The position numbers and the translations under genes were made by a program. Of a stretch of DNA of 64,000 bases, positions 28,578-42,410 are shown one piece after another; position 1 is the stretch's first letter; the number at the start of each line of letters is the position of its first letter. The notes under the pieces were generated by a model. It had not been told where the DNA came from. It saw only the letters and a program-made list of their open reading frames with translations, and searched no databases. The stretch is from Basidiobolus meristosporus CBS 931.73 (taxonomy: Eukaryota; Fungi; Basidiobolomycota): contig MCFE01000072.1 of the NCBI GenBank assembly GCA_002104905.1, positions 121,202-185,201 on the forward strand. Direction: 5' to 3'.

Positions 28578-29924
28578 TTAAGCAGCTGCCTCAATCTTTT
28601 CTTCATTTTCCTCAGTGTTGTTGGTATCCTTGATACCACCGACAAGAATGTACGTGAAGGGGATGGAGAATGCAAACAATGCCCAGTTGAGGATCATTTG
28701 AGTCAAGAAAGCCGTTCCGACTGCGTCAATTCTCCATGAGATGGCGCCTCCAATCGACTGGACGGCCTTGGCATATCCTGCATACTGGGCAAGAACAGTG
28801 GAGTCGTTGGAGAGTGACCCGAGGATCCAGAACACAAGTGTTTGGCACAAGGCGTCGCAAAGACCGAACAGCACATACAACAGCCACTTGGGCCAGAATG
28901 CTCCGGGTGTGTCGATGAAGTCGAGGTCACGAGGGTGGTCCTCACGAGTGTATTGCAATTGCAAGGCCAAGCATCCTCCCCACACGGCCATGCAGATGGT
29001 GCTGACTGCGGTCAACGCATACAGTCCCTTGGTCTTACGGTCATATCGGGGGGTATCCAGGAAGCGGCCAAGAGCGTAGGCGCCGAGCATCTCAAAGGCC
29101 CAGTAGAACACGTTGTTCCACGAGCGAGAGCGAACACTGAACAGAACGCCGTTGATGGCTCCGAACTCATAGGAGTAGTAGAAGGTCACGCAGAACAGGA
29201 ATGGGGTGATCAGCAGAATCTGCTTGTGGGTGAACACCTTGAAGGTTCCGATCACCTCCTTCATGATGTTGGTGTCGAACTTCTTGACTGGGACCTTGGA
29301 CCCATCGTCACGGACCACCTTGGATGGTGGGAGCAACAGCCAACTGATGGCCGCTCCGACAATCATGATTCCCAGGAATGCAGCATATGTGCCATCACTC
29401 ACCGCGCCAGCGTTGGAGTTGAAGTTCATGCCGAATGGAATGAAGCCACCTAGCACACCTCCGAGGTTGAACACGATGAAGAAGAGTCCGACCGCCTTGC
29501 CCTTCTGTCCCTCGGACGGGTACGACATCATGATCACACCTTGGGCTGTCCACAGACAAGCGGCACCAAGACCCAACACTGCACTGGCTCCGATGACGAA
29601 TGCCTTGTTGTGGGTGTGATTGTAGTTGAGGAGTGAGCCAGAGTAGAGAGCATAGCAAAGGCCACCGATGCACAAGGTGAGACGGACACCGAGGAAGTTG
29701 TACATGGCTCCACCGAAGAAGCCAAACACGGCGAAGGCTGCATACAAGGCGACGTTACCGTCCTTGGCGGTACTATCGTCCATCTGGCCACCGGCTCCCA
29801 TGCCGTTGATGACGTTGTACATGCCGGGGCAGCAGAAGCAGACCATTCCTACAAGGAAGACCTGGAAGATTGGATCATTGTAGCGGATGCGCCCGAAAAG
29901 CTTAATATTTGATAAATCTTTCAT
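28578..29924 (-). CDS. UNC-93/DUF895 MFS transporter, copy 3 (start MKDLSNIK at 29924)
   Basis: Near-identical to copies 1 and 2. The upstream in-frame extension to 30119 is not shared with them and contains a TATA-like TATAAAG. Confidence 0.9.
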   Translation of the reverse strand: MKDLSNIKLFGRIRYNDPIFQVFLVGMVCFCCPGMYNVINGMGAGGQMDDSTAKDGNVALYAAFAVFGFFGGAMYNFLGVRLTLCIGGLCYALYSGSLLNYNHTHNKAFVIGASAVLGLGAACLWTAQGVIMMSYPSEGQKGKAVGLFFIVFNLGGVLGGFIPFGMNFNSNAGAVSDGTYAAFLGIMIVGAAISWLLLPPSKVVRDDGSKVPVKKFDTNIMKEVIGTFKVFTHKQILLITPFLFCVTFYYSYEFGAINGVLFSVRSRSWNNVFYWAFEMLGAYALGRFLDTPRYDRKTKGLYALTAVSTICMAVWGGCLALQLQYTREDHPRDLDFIDTPGAFWPKWLLYVLFGLCDALCQTLVFWILGSLSNDSTVLAQYAGYAKAVQSIGGAISWRIDAVGTAFLTQMILNWALFAFSIPFTYILVGGIKDTNNTEENEEKIEAAA

Positions 29925-31492
29925 GTTGAAGAAGATGGCTTGAAAGAGAGATGAGCCGTTGCCACTTTTATACCTTCTCTGCTCAACCGCCAACTCCATG
30001 ATCGGCTGGACCACAAAATGCTCGTTTCGTTCAGTCCACATTTGAATGCAAGGTAACTCACTGGGCGAATCAGCAAGTGGTAGTGGCGGAGTTTCCGGAT
30101 TAGGGATTTTTTTGTGCAATTGCCGTACCTTAACAACGACTACTAGAATGGAAGAGAATGCTTCAATATTAGAAAGAAAGAGCTAATACGGCATCTTATG
30201 GTCTTCAAAAGTAATTAATATTTCTTGATTCTGTGCATATTGCAAGCCACCAAGGATGACCATGCCAGATGGTTATAACTTGGGGACATCGCTCGGTAAC
30301 TCCTTAGGAGTCGCGACGTCCGGAAACGACCTGGTTTTGGTTAAATTAAGTAACCGGAGAGATTATTTCGAGGCAGCCATGACCTTGCACCTAGGCAAGA
30401 GTTAATGGTGGATGTTGGGGAGAAGTAGTAAAGCATCCTCCGGCTAAGGAACTTAGTTGACCCATCAACCACAGTAAAAGTAAATCTCATGACAGCCCGA
30501 ATATGGCCACACAGGAGTTTTTGTGTTGTGATCAATAGAAATCAGAGAGTGAGAATCGTATCGGTAGTACCAATAACACCATATCTAGATTTTTCACGCA
30601 GCAGGTTACTAGCCCTTCGTGAACTTTTCTGGCAATCACAGTTTCTAGGTCTTGGAGTTGAAGATTCTCTGCCTTGAATGGAATCCATACTGAGGTAACG
30701 CTCACCGCTGCATCATTGCTAAAAAAGGATTAGCTCATGAGAGTGTTCGTTTTGGTAGTATTATCTACTACTTTATTGACCAGCAATGTTTTTGCTGGGA
30801 CACGCGATATACGATTGTCATGCGTTTTTTCAGTCCTTGAGATAGGTAGCCCCACTGGGGAATTGATCGAATACCTGTTGCCGAAAAGCTTCTAGATTTT
30901 ACGGAGATTCCCGTGCAAAGGAATTGGGGATAAATGTCATGGAATATTACAATCTCGAAGTATTGCAGAATAATGAGCCCTAATTGCAAACTTTACAAGT
31001 GTAACGATTAATTACCGGGAGGGTAGGGTAGGGTAAGGCAGGGCAGGGCTCTAAATTATATTCCTATATATAAGGTTGTCGATTGGTGATGGCATCACGT
31101 GACTCTGTAGCGTTATGTCCGCCTGATACGGCTTATGTAAAGGCTTACGGTATATGATTTATTCGGATGCTAATACATGTGGATTGTATCGGATTTTGCC
31201 TGATATATATACGTGTCATGCATTCATTTCGTTGTAGCCCTACAAATTAAATCCCAAGTAGATGATTCATAATTCAGCAATAAGCTAAATAGAATCTTAA
31301 GGTGTATGTTGAAGATTTTTAACGAATTCAAGTAGCTGGATTTAGATGCTTGTAACCGAGGAGGGTTGACAAGGATTTGTATAAAGCATAGAGCATTGGA
31401 GTTTCTATTGTTTTTGTTTACAGATGATATTCATGGTTTTTCAAAATAGTCTGATAGTATCTCCAAATACAGCATGAACTGCTGAAAGCTTC

Positions 31493-31810
31493 GTAATTAC
31501 ACCTAAACACTCCATTAACTTAGTCACCTAGATCATAGCAGATGAATCTTGGGATATCTTGGCCAATTTCTTTGTTGGGATTTGCTTGGAATCTTTTACC
31601 AAAATATCAGGTACTCAGAGTATGAGAATTCTACAGATTGTCTAAGGCCCCTAGGCTTTGCGCACATGTTCTTGAGGCCTTCCTAAGTATATTGTACATG
31701 TTTGTTCTGCCAAGTCTAAGTAAAGGTGTAAATGCCACTTTTACATTCAATATATCATTAAGTAAAAGCCACATAATCTACTTCTCCCAATTACTTCCAA
31801 TATCTCCAAA
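31493..31810 (-). repeat. Fourth, inverted copy of the ~330 bp dispersed repeat seen at 13171-14290
   Basis: Reverse complement matches, e.g. GCCACATAATCTACTTCTCCCAATTACTTCCAA and TTGTTGGGATTTGCTT. Confidence 0.75.
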
Positions 31811-32582
31811 ATTCTCACAACATGAACTTGGTGTAGCTATCAGGAAGCTATGGTGTTCAGTACTGCATGGAGCATTGTGCTAAAGTATGGCCTCTGATCA
31901 TCATTGCTGATGTTGGATTTCCATCAATAATTTCTGAGAGGGAGTGGACACTAACACTACCCCAAGTCCTAGATGTTTACAAAGTTCATTTAAATTCACA
32001 CAAATTATAATTTTGGAGTAGGGTCGTAATTAGGAGCATTGAGCTTACACATCATGAAATGCCCTATTGAGTCTTCAAGGCCCTTGACAACACTGTCCCT
32101 TGATTTGGCAACATTCTGTGAAGGAGAGAAGGATGTTGGTCGTGGACACAGAATGTGTATCATCTGGAGTCATAGTTCCCGTTTAGGCATCGGAGCTCCA
32201 TGATGCTCTGTCCGAGGAATTATTCTGGTGGTGATTAGATCACTATATGCTCAAGGCTCGCATAGTTGACTCCGACCCATCGTGCCAGCCGAGGATGCTA
32301 CTTCTCACCACAGTTGGTGTGATAGAGCCGCCGTTCGGACTTGCCATCATCAGGGAATTCCATGGCGGAATGGAGATACCAGCCACATGTACACCGTAGA
32401 ATTGGAATTCCAAAGAAATCCAATCAGCATTGAACAACCTCCAACGTCATGCGGGACCGATTTGGGAAAGCAAGATCCGTTGAAATTGGGGTGAAGCATG
32501 ACAGTCCGAACAAACCATCCGGTTGTGACTGAGGTATAAAGGGAGGCGTCGTGAGCATCGGCACCATTTTCCAAGTTGTTTC

Positions 32583-34791
32583 ATGCAGGCCAAATCCATT
32601 CTGAACCCCGCCCTTCACCTGCGACGGGTCCGAGCACTCCACCCCAGGGTGATACAAGCCTCCACTCGAGGTGTCCACACCCATGAAGGCGAAGGTAGTG
32701 GTCGTCGCCCTCTTACCCACGCAAAGACCGACTTCAAAGCCAGCCTGGAGTTCGACCTGATCGAACGTTATTATCAAAAAAAGCAGCAAATCTTCTCGGA
32801 CAAATCCCCTTCCCATTCGCACCTCAAACCTAGCCACCTGATCCAGAACAACCAAGTGTAAGTCCACCTCCCTGGCTAGATATGCTCCTAAACTCGGGTC
32901 AGGTTCATTGAGTTTGGTTCCCTCCCATAGGTTCGCCAATAACGACATCAACTTAGGGAAGATATCGGTCTACGGTTTCGATTACGACGTAAGTAGGCTT
33001 TGGGTTGATAACCAAGAGATTTGTCAACGGGCTAAAGTTTCCTTATTTTTGGGGGCGAATGGGTTAGTATACTTTGGCGAACTACTCGGAGATGTTGCCC
33101 ATCATGATCTACACCAAAGTAAGAGACATGCTTGTCGACCATCTAAAATACCCAACCGGCCTCAAGGACCTGACTTACGACCCCAAATTCGCCATCCGCG
33201 GTCTACATTACGGTGAGCAGCAGTTCGGAGCTGTGGTGCTGACGTCCCATCCCCCCCCCGCTAACCCCAACGTTTCCTAGATTTCCAAACCGGATGGATG
33301 ATGAAGATTGACGCCTTCCACAACATCCAACTTACCACCGTCCATTATGGTCGCGAGCCTATCAAGAACCAGGATCTGGTGACGGGACGACACCATGGGA
33401 TCCATGTCTCCCCTCAGTATCTCTCCAAGAACATGCGCCAGCTAATCGATATGTTCAGCATCCCTGAAGCCTGTCTGCTCGCGGATGTGATCCAATACTT
33501 CATTGATCATCAGATACGGTAAGCGCGCACGAATGGACCCTGTGGAGGGAAAGACACCATACCAACCACCCTTCGCTCTCCATGTAGTTTCCATCCTAGA
33601 TATCTGGCTGATGACATCTGGAAGATGGGCCGTTTGCTACACACGGCGGACTCCACCGGATTGGCAGTCATTCATGTGGAGATGATGAAAAGCATCGACG
33701 TGTATCTGAAGAAGAACCCCACCATTGTGGAGTATCTGGAGAACCTTCGGAGAAACGGAAAGAAGCTATTCCTGCTGACGAACAGCAGCTACGCGTTCGT
33801 GTAAGTTTCAGCTTGGCCGGTGGGCGTGTCCAACGAACTCCATCTAATGCACCTCCGGAACTTCTGTAGCGACCGTGGGCTCAGTTACATGACCTCCTCC
33901 AACAATTGGAGAAACCTGTTCGATGTCTGTATCTTTGCCTCCAACAAACCTCACTTCTACAATTCAAGCAGACCGTTCCGTAAGGTGCACACATGCACCT
34001 CGAAATACGGCACAGCCTCCTGGGATTATGTGAACAGCTTCAACCCAGGGGAGGTGTACCAGGGGGGAAATATCAAACAGTTTAGCAAGTTGACTGGCTG
34101 GTAAGTCATCCACGCCTCGATTTCTTCCATTCACACACTAATGGGACCACGCGTTCGGGCGCCGGCTTCAAATAGGACTGGGTAAGTACCTTCATGTCTT
34201 GTTTGAGGAGATGATCGATGAATAACCATCGTTCTTTACAGAGGTTCAGTCATGTACATTGGGGATAACATCTACTCAGACCTTATCGATCCCGCCTCCC
34301 AGCAAGGGTGGCGAACGGGAGCGATCATCAGCGAGCTGGAGGAGGAGATCAATACGCACAACTCGGAGGAATATCGCCGCAGCCTTCAGTGGATGTTAGA
34401 GCTAGAGAATCTCATACGAAAGGCACAGTCGGAATGCGTATCGCGTACGGACACCTATTACTCGCTGGTGGAGTCGTTGCGCGAAGAGCGTCGTGAGTAC
34501 CGGGAGAAACTCAAGGATGATTTCAACCCACATTTCGGCTCGGTCTTCAGAACCCACACGAACCCGACCTACTTCGCGAACAAAGTCTGCAATTTCGCCG
34601 ATCTGTAAGTGGCAATCACATCTCTTCCCTTTCGGCCCGAGCCCGAATGCTAACCCCGATCTACCAGGTACACCTCGAAGTTGGAGAACTTCAAGAATCA
34701 TCCCATAGACTACATCTTCTACCCTGAGCGGATGTACCTGCCCCATGAGAGACTTAGCGCCGCTGAGGCGGAGTACCATGCCGCCCAATAG
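32583..34791 (+). CDS. HAD-superfamily IG 5'-nucleotidase (NT5DC2/3-like) with N-terminal mitochondrial-type presequence, many introns
   Basis: FANNDINL.KI.VYGFDYD|YTLA.Y, YDP.FAIRGLHYD, KLFLLTNS, WR.LFDV.I..S.KP.FY, YIGDNIYSDL, GWRTGAII.ELE.EI, FN.HFGSVFRT, ADLYTS. Confidence 0.9.
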
Positions 34792-34967
34792 GATACCCGA
34801 CTCCCACTCTGAATCATCGAATTATCTGTTGCATTCCCACCACCACGTTTTAAATAACATGAATAAAAAAAATGGAATTCCCCTTGATGGCCTTCCTTTC
34901 GGGTATCTGGAGCTCATCCATCCACCGAAAATCCTGCTCCCGATTATTGCTGCAGCCCTTTAGAACC

Positions 34968-36428
34968 ATGGTAAAAGCCAGCGGCTGGAAAGCGTTGAAA
35001 GTGAAACCCAAAGAACTCTGTATAAGCACCACCCTCAACTCTGGGCAGACCTTCCGTTGGAGGAAAACCGGGGAAGCCGAATGGTACGTAATCCTTACTG
35101 AAATCCACCAACAATCACGCAATAAAGTACCCATAACTGTAACTATGCAATCTTTGCCCTCGTCGCATCCTCTCTGCCCACTTCTGACTTTTCACCAAAG
35201 GTCCAACGTGCTAAACGACACCCTCATTACACTCCGACAGATAGGTATGTTTACTTGTTCCAAACCGGGTGCTCTAAACTGTGAGTCTCAAGTGCGCGTG
35301 TGTTGTTGCAGAGGATTCCGTCGAGTATTGTACATACGAGGAGGAGGGAAGAGGGGAAAGAGGGGAAAGGAGACGTGGAGGAGTTGCTTACGGACTACTT
35401 TCAGCTCAAGGTCGATCTTGACGAGTGTTACAGGCGCTGGAACTCCATCGATAAGAATTTCGCGAACAAGAGTGAACACTTCTTAGGGATAAGAATTCTA
35501 CGTCAGGACCCAGTGGAAAACCTTATATCGTTCATATGCACTTCGAACAACAACATCAAACGGATATCCCAGATGGTAAGGGGCTTTGAACCTCCTTCGC
35601 AGCCTGGAAACCAACACGAACTCACTCCCCTACGCCAGGTAGAAAAGCTGTGTGCCAAGTACGGTAGGTACAAAGGCACCATCAACGAGGTGCCCTTCTA
35701 TGCCTTCCCGGAGTTGGAACTGCTAACGGGGAAGGAGGTCGAGGTGGAGCTAAGAAATCTTGGGTTTGGCTATCGCGCGAAATTCGTTCGGGAGACTGCC
35801 AAGAGTTTGGTGGAGCTCCACCCGGACCCAAAGGATTGGTTGCTCACCCTACGTGAAGCCCCCTACTCCGAGGCACACACAGCGCTATTAAAGTTGCCAG
35901 GGGTATGTTGCCGTCAGTACTGTTGGACCAAGATTATATGCACTAAGTTTCGCATTGAAAGGTCGGCGCCAAAGTAGCCGATTGTGTGGTAATTGCAGAG
36001 AATCAACTAGCTTCTTCAGATGCGCGTACTTACTTGGATGTTTACACAGTGCTTGATGTCACTGGACAAGCACGAGGCAGTGCCGGTCGATACGCATGTA
36101 TGGCAGATCGCTAAGAGAGACTACGGCTTTCTAGAGGGGAAAGCAGTCAAATCGCTGACTCCCAAGATTTACGCCGAGGTCGGGGACCACTTCCGAAACC
36201 TGTTTGGCGACTACAGCGGGTGGGCACACTCGGTACGGACTTCGCATAGTGAATGAGATGAGAACACTGCTGACCTTTCGTTTTTGGTAGGTTTTATTCA
36301 CTGCTGATCTGAAGGAGTTCGGGGAAAGGATGAAGAAAAGAGCCACCACAAAGGATGACCAGGTGGAAGAGAAAAAGGTGAAGGTCACCAGCGGCACAAC
36401 CCTTCGAAGGTCTCGGAGGAGTACGTAA
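34968..36428 (+). CDS. OGG1: 8-oxoguanine DNA glycosylase, spliced
   Basis: EL....TL.SGQTFRW, GIRILRQDPVENLISFICTSNNNI.RI.QMV, LGFGYRAKF, LPGVG.KVADCV.LMSLDK.EAVPVD.HVWQIA.RDY, FGDYSGWAHSVLFTADL. Confidence 0.95.
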
Positions 36429-36709
36429 AGGCACCCCTCCTCAACCAACCGACCCCCTCCCTTCCGAAGAAAAGTGCATCTACAGAACCAAGAATTCGCG
36501 TGTTCAACTTGACGGAACCAGAGTGAAAATACCAACAGAATAAAAAAGGGGGGATTTTTTTTAAAAAGACTTGCGTAGAAAAATACACGATTAGAAACGA
36601 CCTCTCGAAAAGAGCTTGAGTTTGCCCAACATTCTCACCGATGATTAAGCGAGTGGATGAAAATCTACTAAGGATGTATAAACACAATGGGCTATTGCAC
36701 TTGATCAAC

Positions 36710-38349
36710 TTAGAACAACAAAGACTCAAGCGAGCCGGACTCTTGCTGCTCCTTGACGAAAATCTCGAAGTATTGGTAGATGATGGTGACGGCCATCAAG
36801 ATTCCGGTGCCAGAGCCAAGAGCCCCAAGCAAATCGGCAGTCACGGTGACTGCACCAATGAGAATGCCACCGACGGTAGCGGCAAGAGGAATCAACTTCT
36901 TGAGGTACTTGTAGGTGGATTCTTCACGGTGGCCGACGAGAACAATCTGCTGGTCCTTCAATTGCTTGGAAACATCCTTGGGGGATGAGCCAGAGATCTC
37001 AACCCAGGTGCGAGAGAACATGGCGCAGGTGCCCAAGATGAAGGCGACATATATAACAAAATGAATTGGGTGGATCAAGGCATCGACAAAGCCTTGGGGA
37101 GGGGACATCAAGTAGGCGAGTCCACCGCTAGCGAAGATCTGGTTGGATCCGGCGTTGGGCTCCCAGACACCGAGAAGGCGTACAAGGATGTTGTTGGGGA
37201 AACGGTTGTAGAGCATTTGAGAGATCAAGAACACGTTGGAAGTGAGAGCAGATTGAAGCATGATGGGCATGTTCGAGGTGTAGAACAACTTGATGGGATA
37301 AGTGGCACGGACACCGCGAACACGGGTGTTCTTGATGGGAAGATCGATGCGGAAGCCTTGAAGGTAAATGACGGCAGCAAAGATGGCAACGGTGACCACC
37401 AAGTTCATGACGTTGGGCAAGTAAGGTCTGTACAGGGCGTCCTTGATAGCACGGATCTTGTCATTGCGGCCGAACAACATGGAGACAGTGGCGATGATGG
37501 CACCTTCAAATTCGGGGCCACGGCCTACGTCAAGAGTTCTGGGGCTGAAAGCCTTCCACACGATGGTCTCACAGATGTTGGTAGCAACGAAGAGAGAGAT
37601 ACCAGAGCCAAGCCCGTAGCCCTTTTGGAGGAGCTCGTCCAAGAGGATAATGACCAGGCCGGCAACGAAGAGTTGGATGACGAGCAAGAAGCACACACCA
37701 GCACCGAGCTCCTTAGGATCGCCGTACATTCCGGTCCAGACCGAGATCAAAGCTTGACCGAGAGTAATGATCAATCCGAACACTATATGTGGAATGTTTA
37801 ACATCTCTGAAGTGTCTAGTATGTTGGCGAGAACTTACATTTTTGAGCTCCATTGAACAAATCTCTGTCTTCCCTCGAATTGTGATCAACGCTGATAATG
37901 CCGGCTCCGGCAAGCAGCTGCATAACCATACCGGAAGTGACGATGGGTGAGATGCCAAGTTCCATGAGGGTTCCACGGTTGGAAGCCAAGATGGCACGCA
38001 TCCAATAGAGCGGATCAGATGAATCGGAGGACATAATACCGTAAAGAGGAATCTGGGAGCAGACCAAGAAGACGAACAAGGTCATAGCGGTCCAGAGAAC
38101 CTTACTTTTGAAAGCAACCTAGGACGTTGGGTTAGTCTTCGAGAACGGAGAACGGAGAACGCATAAATAGGAGTGCTGTGGTAGTTACCTTTCTGTCGGG
38201 AGCTGCAACCTCTGGGAGGATGGCCATGAAGGGCCTGATGAGATGGAGAAACCGAACTACAGACAGCAAAGGATGATACGTTAACTGGATTGCTCGATGT
38301 GCGGGGACAGCGGAACCCGAAGGGAACCTGAAGAATACTTACAAGCCAT
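36710..38349 (-). CDS. SEC61: Translocon subunit Sec61 alpha (somewhat divergent), spliced
   Basis: [20 protein letters not shown]|[74 protein letters not shown]. Confidence 0.95.
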
Positions 38350-38774
38350 ATCGGTTATGTCACTAAGTAAAAAAGTGAAAGGAACAAAAGGGTAAGAAAG
38401 AAAAATGAGAATTAATATAGGTCGATTCTGGAGTAGATGATTGAACCTGGGTGTGCTTTAAAATCGCCCAAGATACCGTTGGACTTGACCCTCGCTTTTC
38501 ACAAACGAGCCAATTACCACCAATTATCTCGGATATCGTGGTTGGTTTGACTCGAAAACAACCGCCTTAATATTTCCCTCTACGTATATCCCATCGTGAA
38601 CCATTGGATACCAGGATCCTTGAGATATCTCGGAATCCCACCAATCAAAGGGATATAAATTGGCTTGATTTTTTGCCACATTCTGTTAAATCCACGTCGC
38701 CTGCAATTTCGTGTAATCTCCAGGCAAGCACCAGAAATGCACAAATTTCCGCGAATGCAACACAAATTATGCTC

Positions 38775-38810
38775 CCCTAACCCTAATCCTAGCCCTAGCC
38801 CTAGCCCTAA
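38775..38810. repeat. Interstitial telomere-like tract CCCTAA/CCCTAG in the SEC61-ATP2 divergent intergenic region
   Basis: CCCCTAACCCTAATCCTAGCCCTAGCCCTAGCCCTAAT. Confidence 0.7.
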
Positions 38811-39087
38811 TCACACTTGAACCATCTCGACTCCAATGAGCGCAATGCTAGTCTTACGTTGGTTTCCTAGGTCCCCAAAAGTATTCCCCACACCTCCCCA
38901 TTCAACCTCACCAAGTTCCCCACCTGCTAGTCTCAATGCTTAATCATCTTCCAATAAAAATTCTTCTCATGGGATGGCCCTGGAACCCCGTTCGTCCCTC
39001 GCCCAAAATTTTCCCTCACTAACATGCGGTGATTTTTATAGAAGCCCCAACGCATTCCAGGGCTTCACCTTGTACTCAACTGTAGTC

Positions 39088-40829
<1,742 letters not shown>

Positions 40830-41210
40830 GCACGATCACTAGTTCATACCACATCACCTCGGCACATTTCCTTCTGTTGACGCATACTTTGCACTTGAGC
40901 AGTAACATTTGTCTACCGGAATCCATGTTCACACTTGAAGTTTCTTTTATGTTAGAAAAATGCCAGAAACCCACGATGCATTCTTCACGTTTCCCATCAC
41001 CACATTCATTCATGAATTCAAATAAACATCCCTTCAGTCTATCTTGTGTGCATCTACGCATTCCAGATCCGCTCCATTCTGACCTACGTAAGTTCCCACC
41101 AACCAGCCAAGTGCGATGATGAGTAAATTGAGATTTTTATGAAACTGTTTCCATGAGGGGTGGGGGATGAACACAGCAGGGAGATGTTGGTTGGAGATCG
41201 TCCAGATGGG

Positions 41211-42057
41211 TTACAAGGATTTGCCCATGAATTTGCGTTTCAAGAAGCACATCCACCATTTGCTGGGTACGTTCTCGTTTCCGTAGACACGCTCAAGTAG
41301 TCTGGTAGCGAGCTCTTGGCGCAGCTGAGTGAGGTACTGGCGGAGTAAATCTAGGGGGATCGGTTCCAGGTTAGCACAACATCGAGCCATCAGCAATGCC
41401 CCGGGAATCCGCTTACCTTGTTCTCCACGGTCGGTGGGTGCGTGATACATGGCGTTTAGGGGGAAGGATGGCTCTCCGGGAAGGGCGAAATGGGATAGAG
41501 CGGCGGTCTGTAGGATTTTGTTGGCCTCGAGTTTGCTGGGTTGGTTGGAGAGTTTTCCCAAGCATTCGGAAATGTACAAGATGAGATAGATGAGCACCCT
41601 GTCGGCGTTTCCTTTAATCTCAAAGTTGCGGAAGAAACAGTTGGCTCTGAACAAATTAAGTGCTTCCTCAACGATATCCTCGGAATTGGGGTCGGCTACA
41701 GAAACGGGGATGGTGCAGATGAGTAGGTGGTACTTGGGCCAGCTGTTTGCTGGGAAGAGAGGGATCTCTCGTTGAGATGGTCCCCCCCCGGTTGTAAAAT
41801 AACAACATTTACCTAGAGTAGGGGCAGGTCCACGGAACTTTGTACGAATGGGTAGCATAGCCATGTTACCTAGAGAACGGAATTCATCCTCGTTGAAGTT
41901 GGAGTGATAGGCCTTTGATATTCAAGATGTGTTAATCAACAGAATGCTCGTTTATTTCGATCCAGTACACGAGTTGAGGAAACCTCCGTCGAACACCACG
42001 CACAGTGAAATTCGGCGTCGTACTGGGGTGGATGAAGGGGAGATGACTTACTGGCAT
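41211..42057 (-). CDS. ARC18: Arp2/3 complex 21 kDa subunit (ARPC3), spliced
   Basis: MP|AYHSNFNE...GNMAMLPIRTKFRGPAP, DIVEEALNLFRANCFFRNFEIKG.ADRVLIY, PSKWWMCFLKRKFMGKSL. Confidence 0.95.
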
Positions 42058-42410
42058 TGTTGAAAGGTATCGCGTGAGTGCACTACGAAAAATTCAAAAC
42101 TAGGAAAACAACCTTGGTAGTCTTAAGGAATTTCAATACTCAGTTGAACATTGGTAATGACGACAACTGCTGGAATTGGCTTTAGGGAGCGTTCCTATTG
42201 GATGTGCAGGGGGATTTCCACGATGGATACCAAGTCGATTAGCTTTGTGGTTAGCGCCTGGCTCGATGTTGGTTATTTGTTGTTTAACGTTTATTATTGG
42301 GATATCTCTTGCATGATGGGATTTCTCACTAGCAAAAATGAGAGGGAATCTAGATATTATAAAATACAGCTATTACGGGTGCGTATCTAGATAATTTACA
42401 GCTATTTTGG

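Noticed and set aside
29925-30119. 65 aa N-terminal extension of transporter copy 3 (and 26 aa in copy 1)
   Set aside because: Non-ATG starts, not shared between copies, and they overlap the TATA-like boxes.
32092-32574. Short ORFs upstream of the 5'-nucleotidase
   Set aside because: No recognisable motif, splice pattern or codon bias.
37061-37801. 246 aa plus-strand ORF
   Set aside because: Antisense shadow of SEC61.
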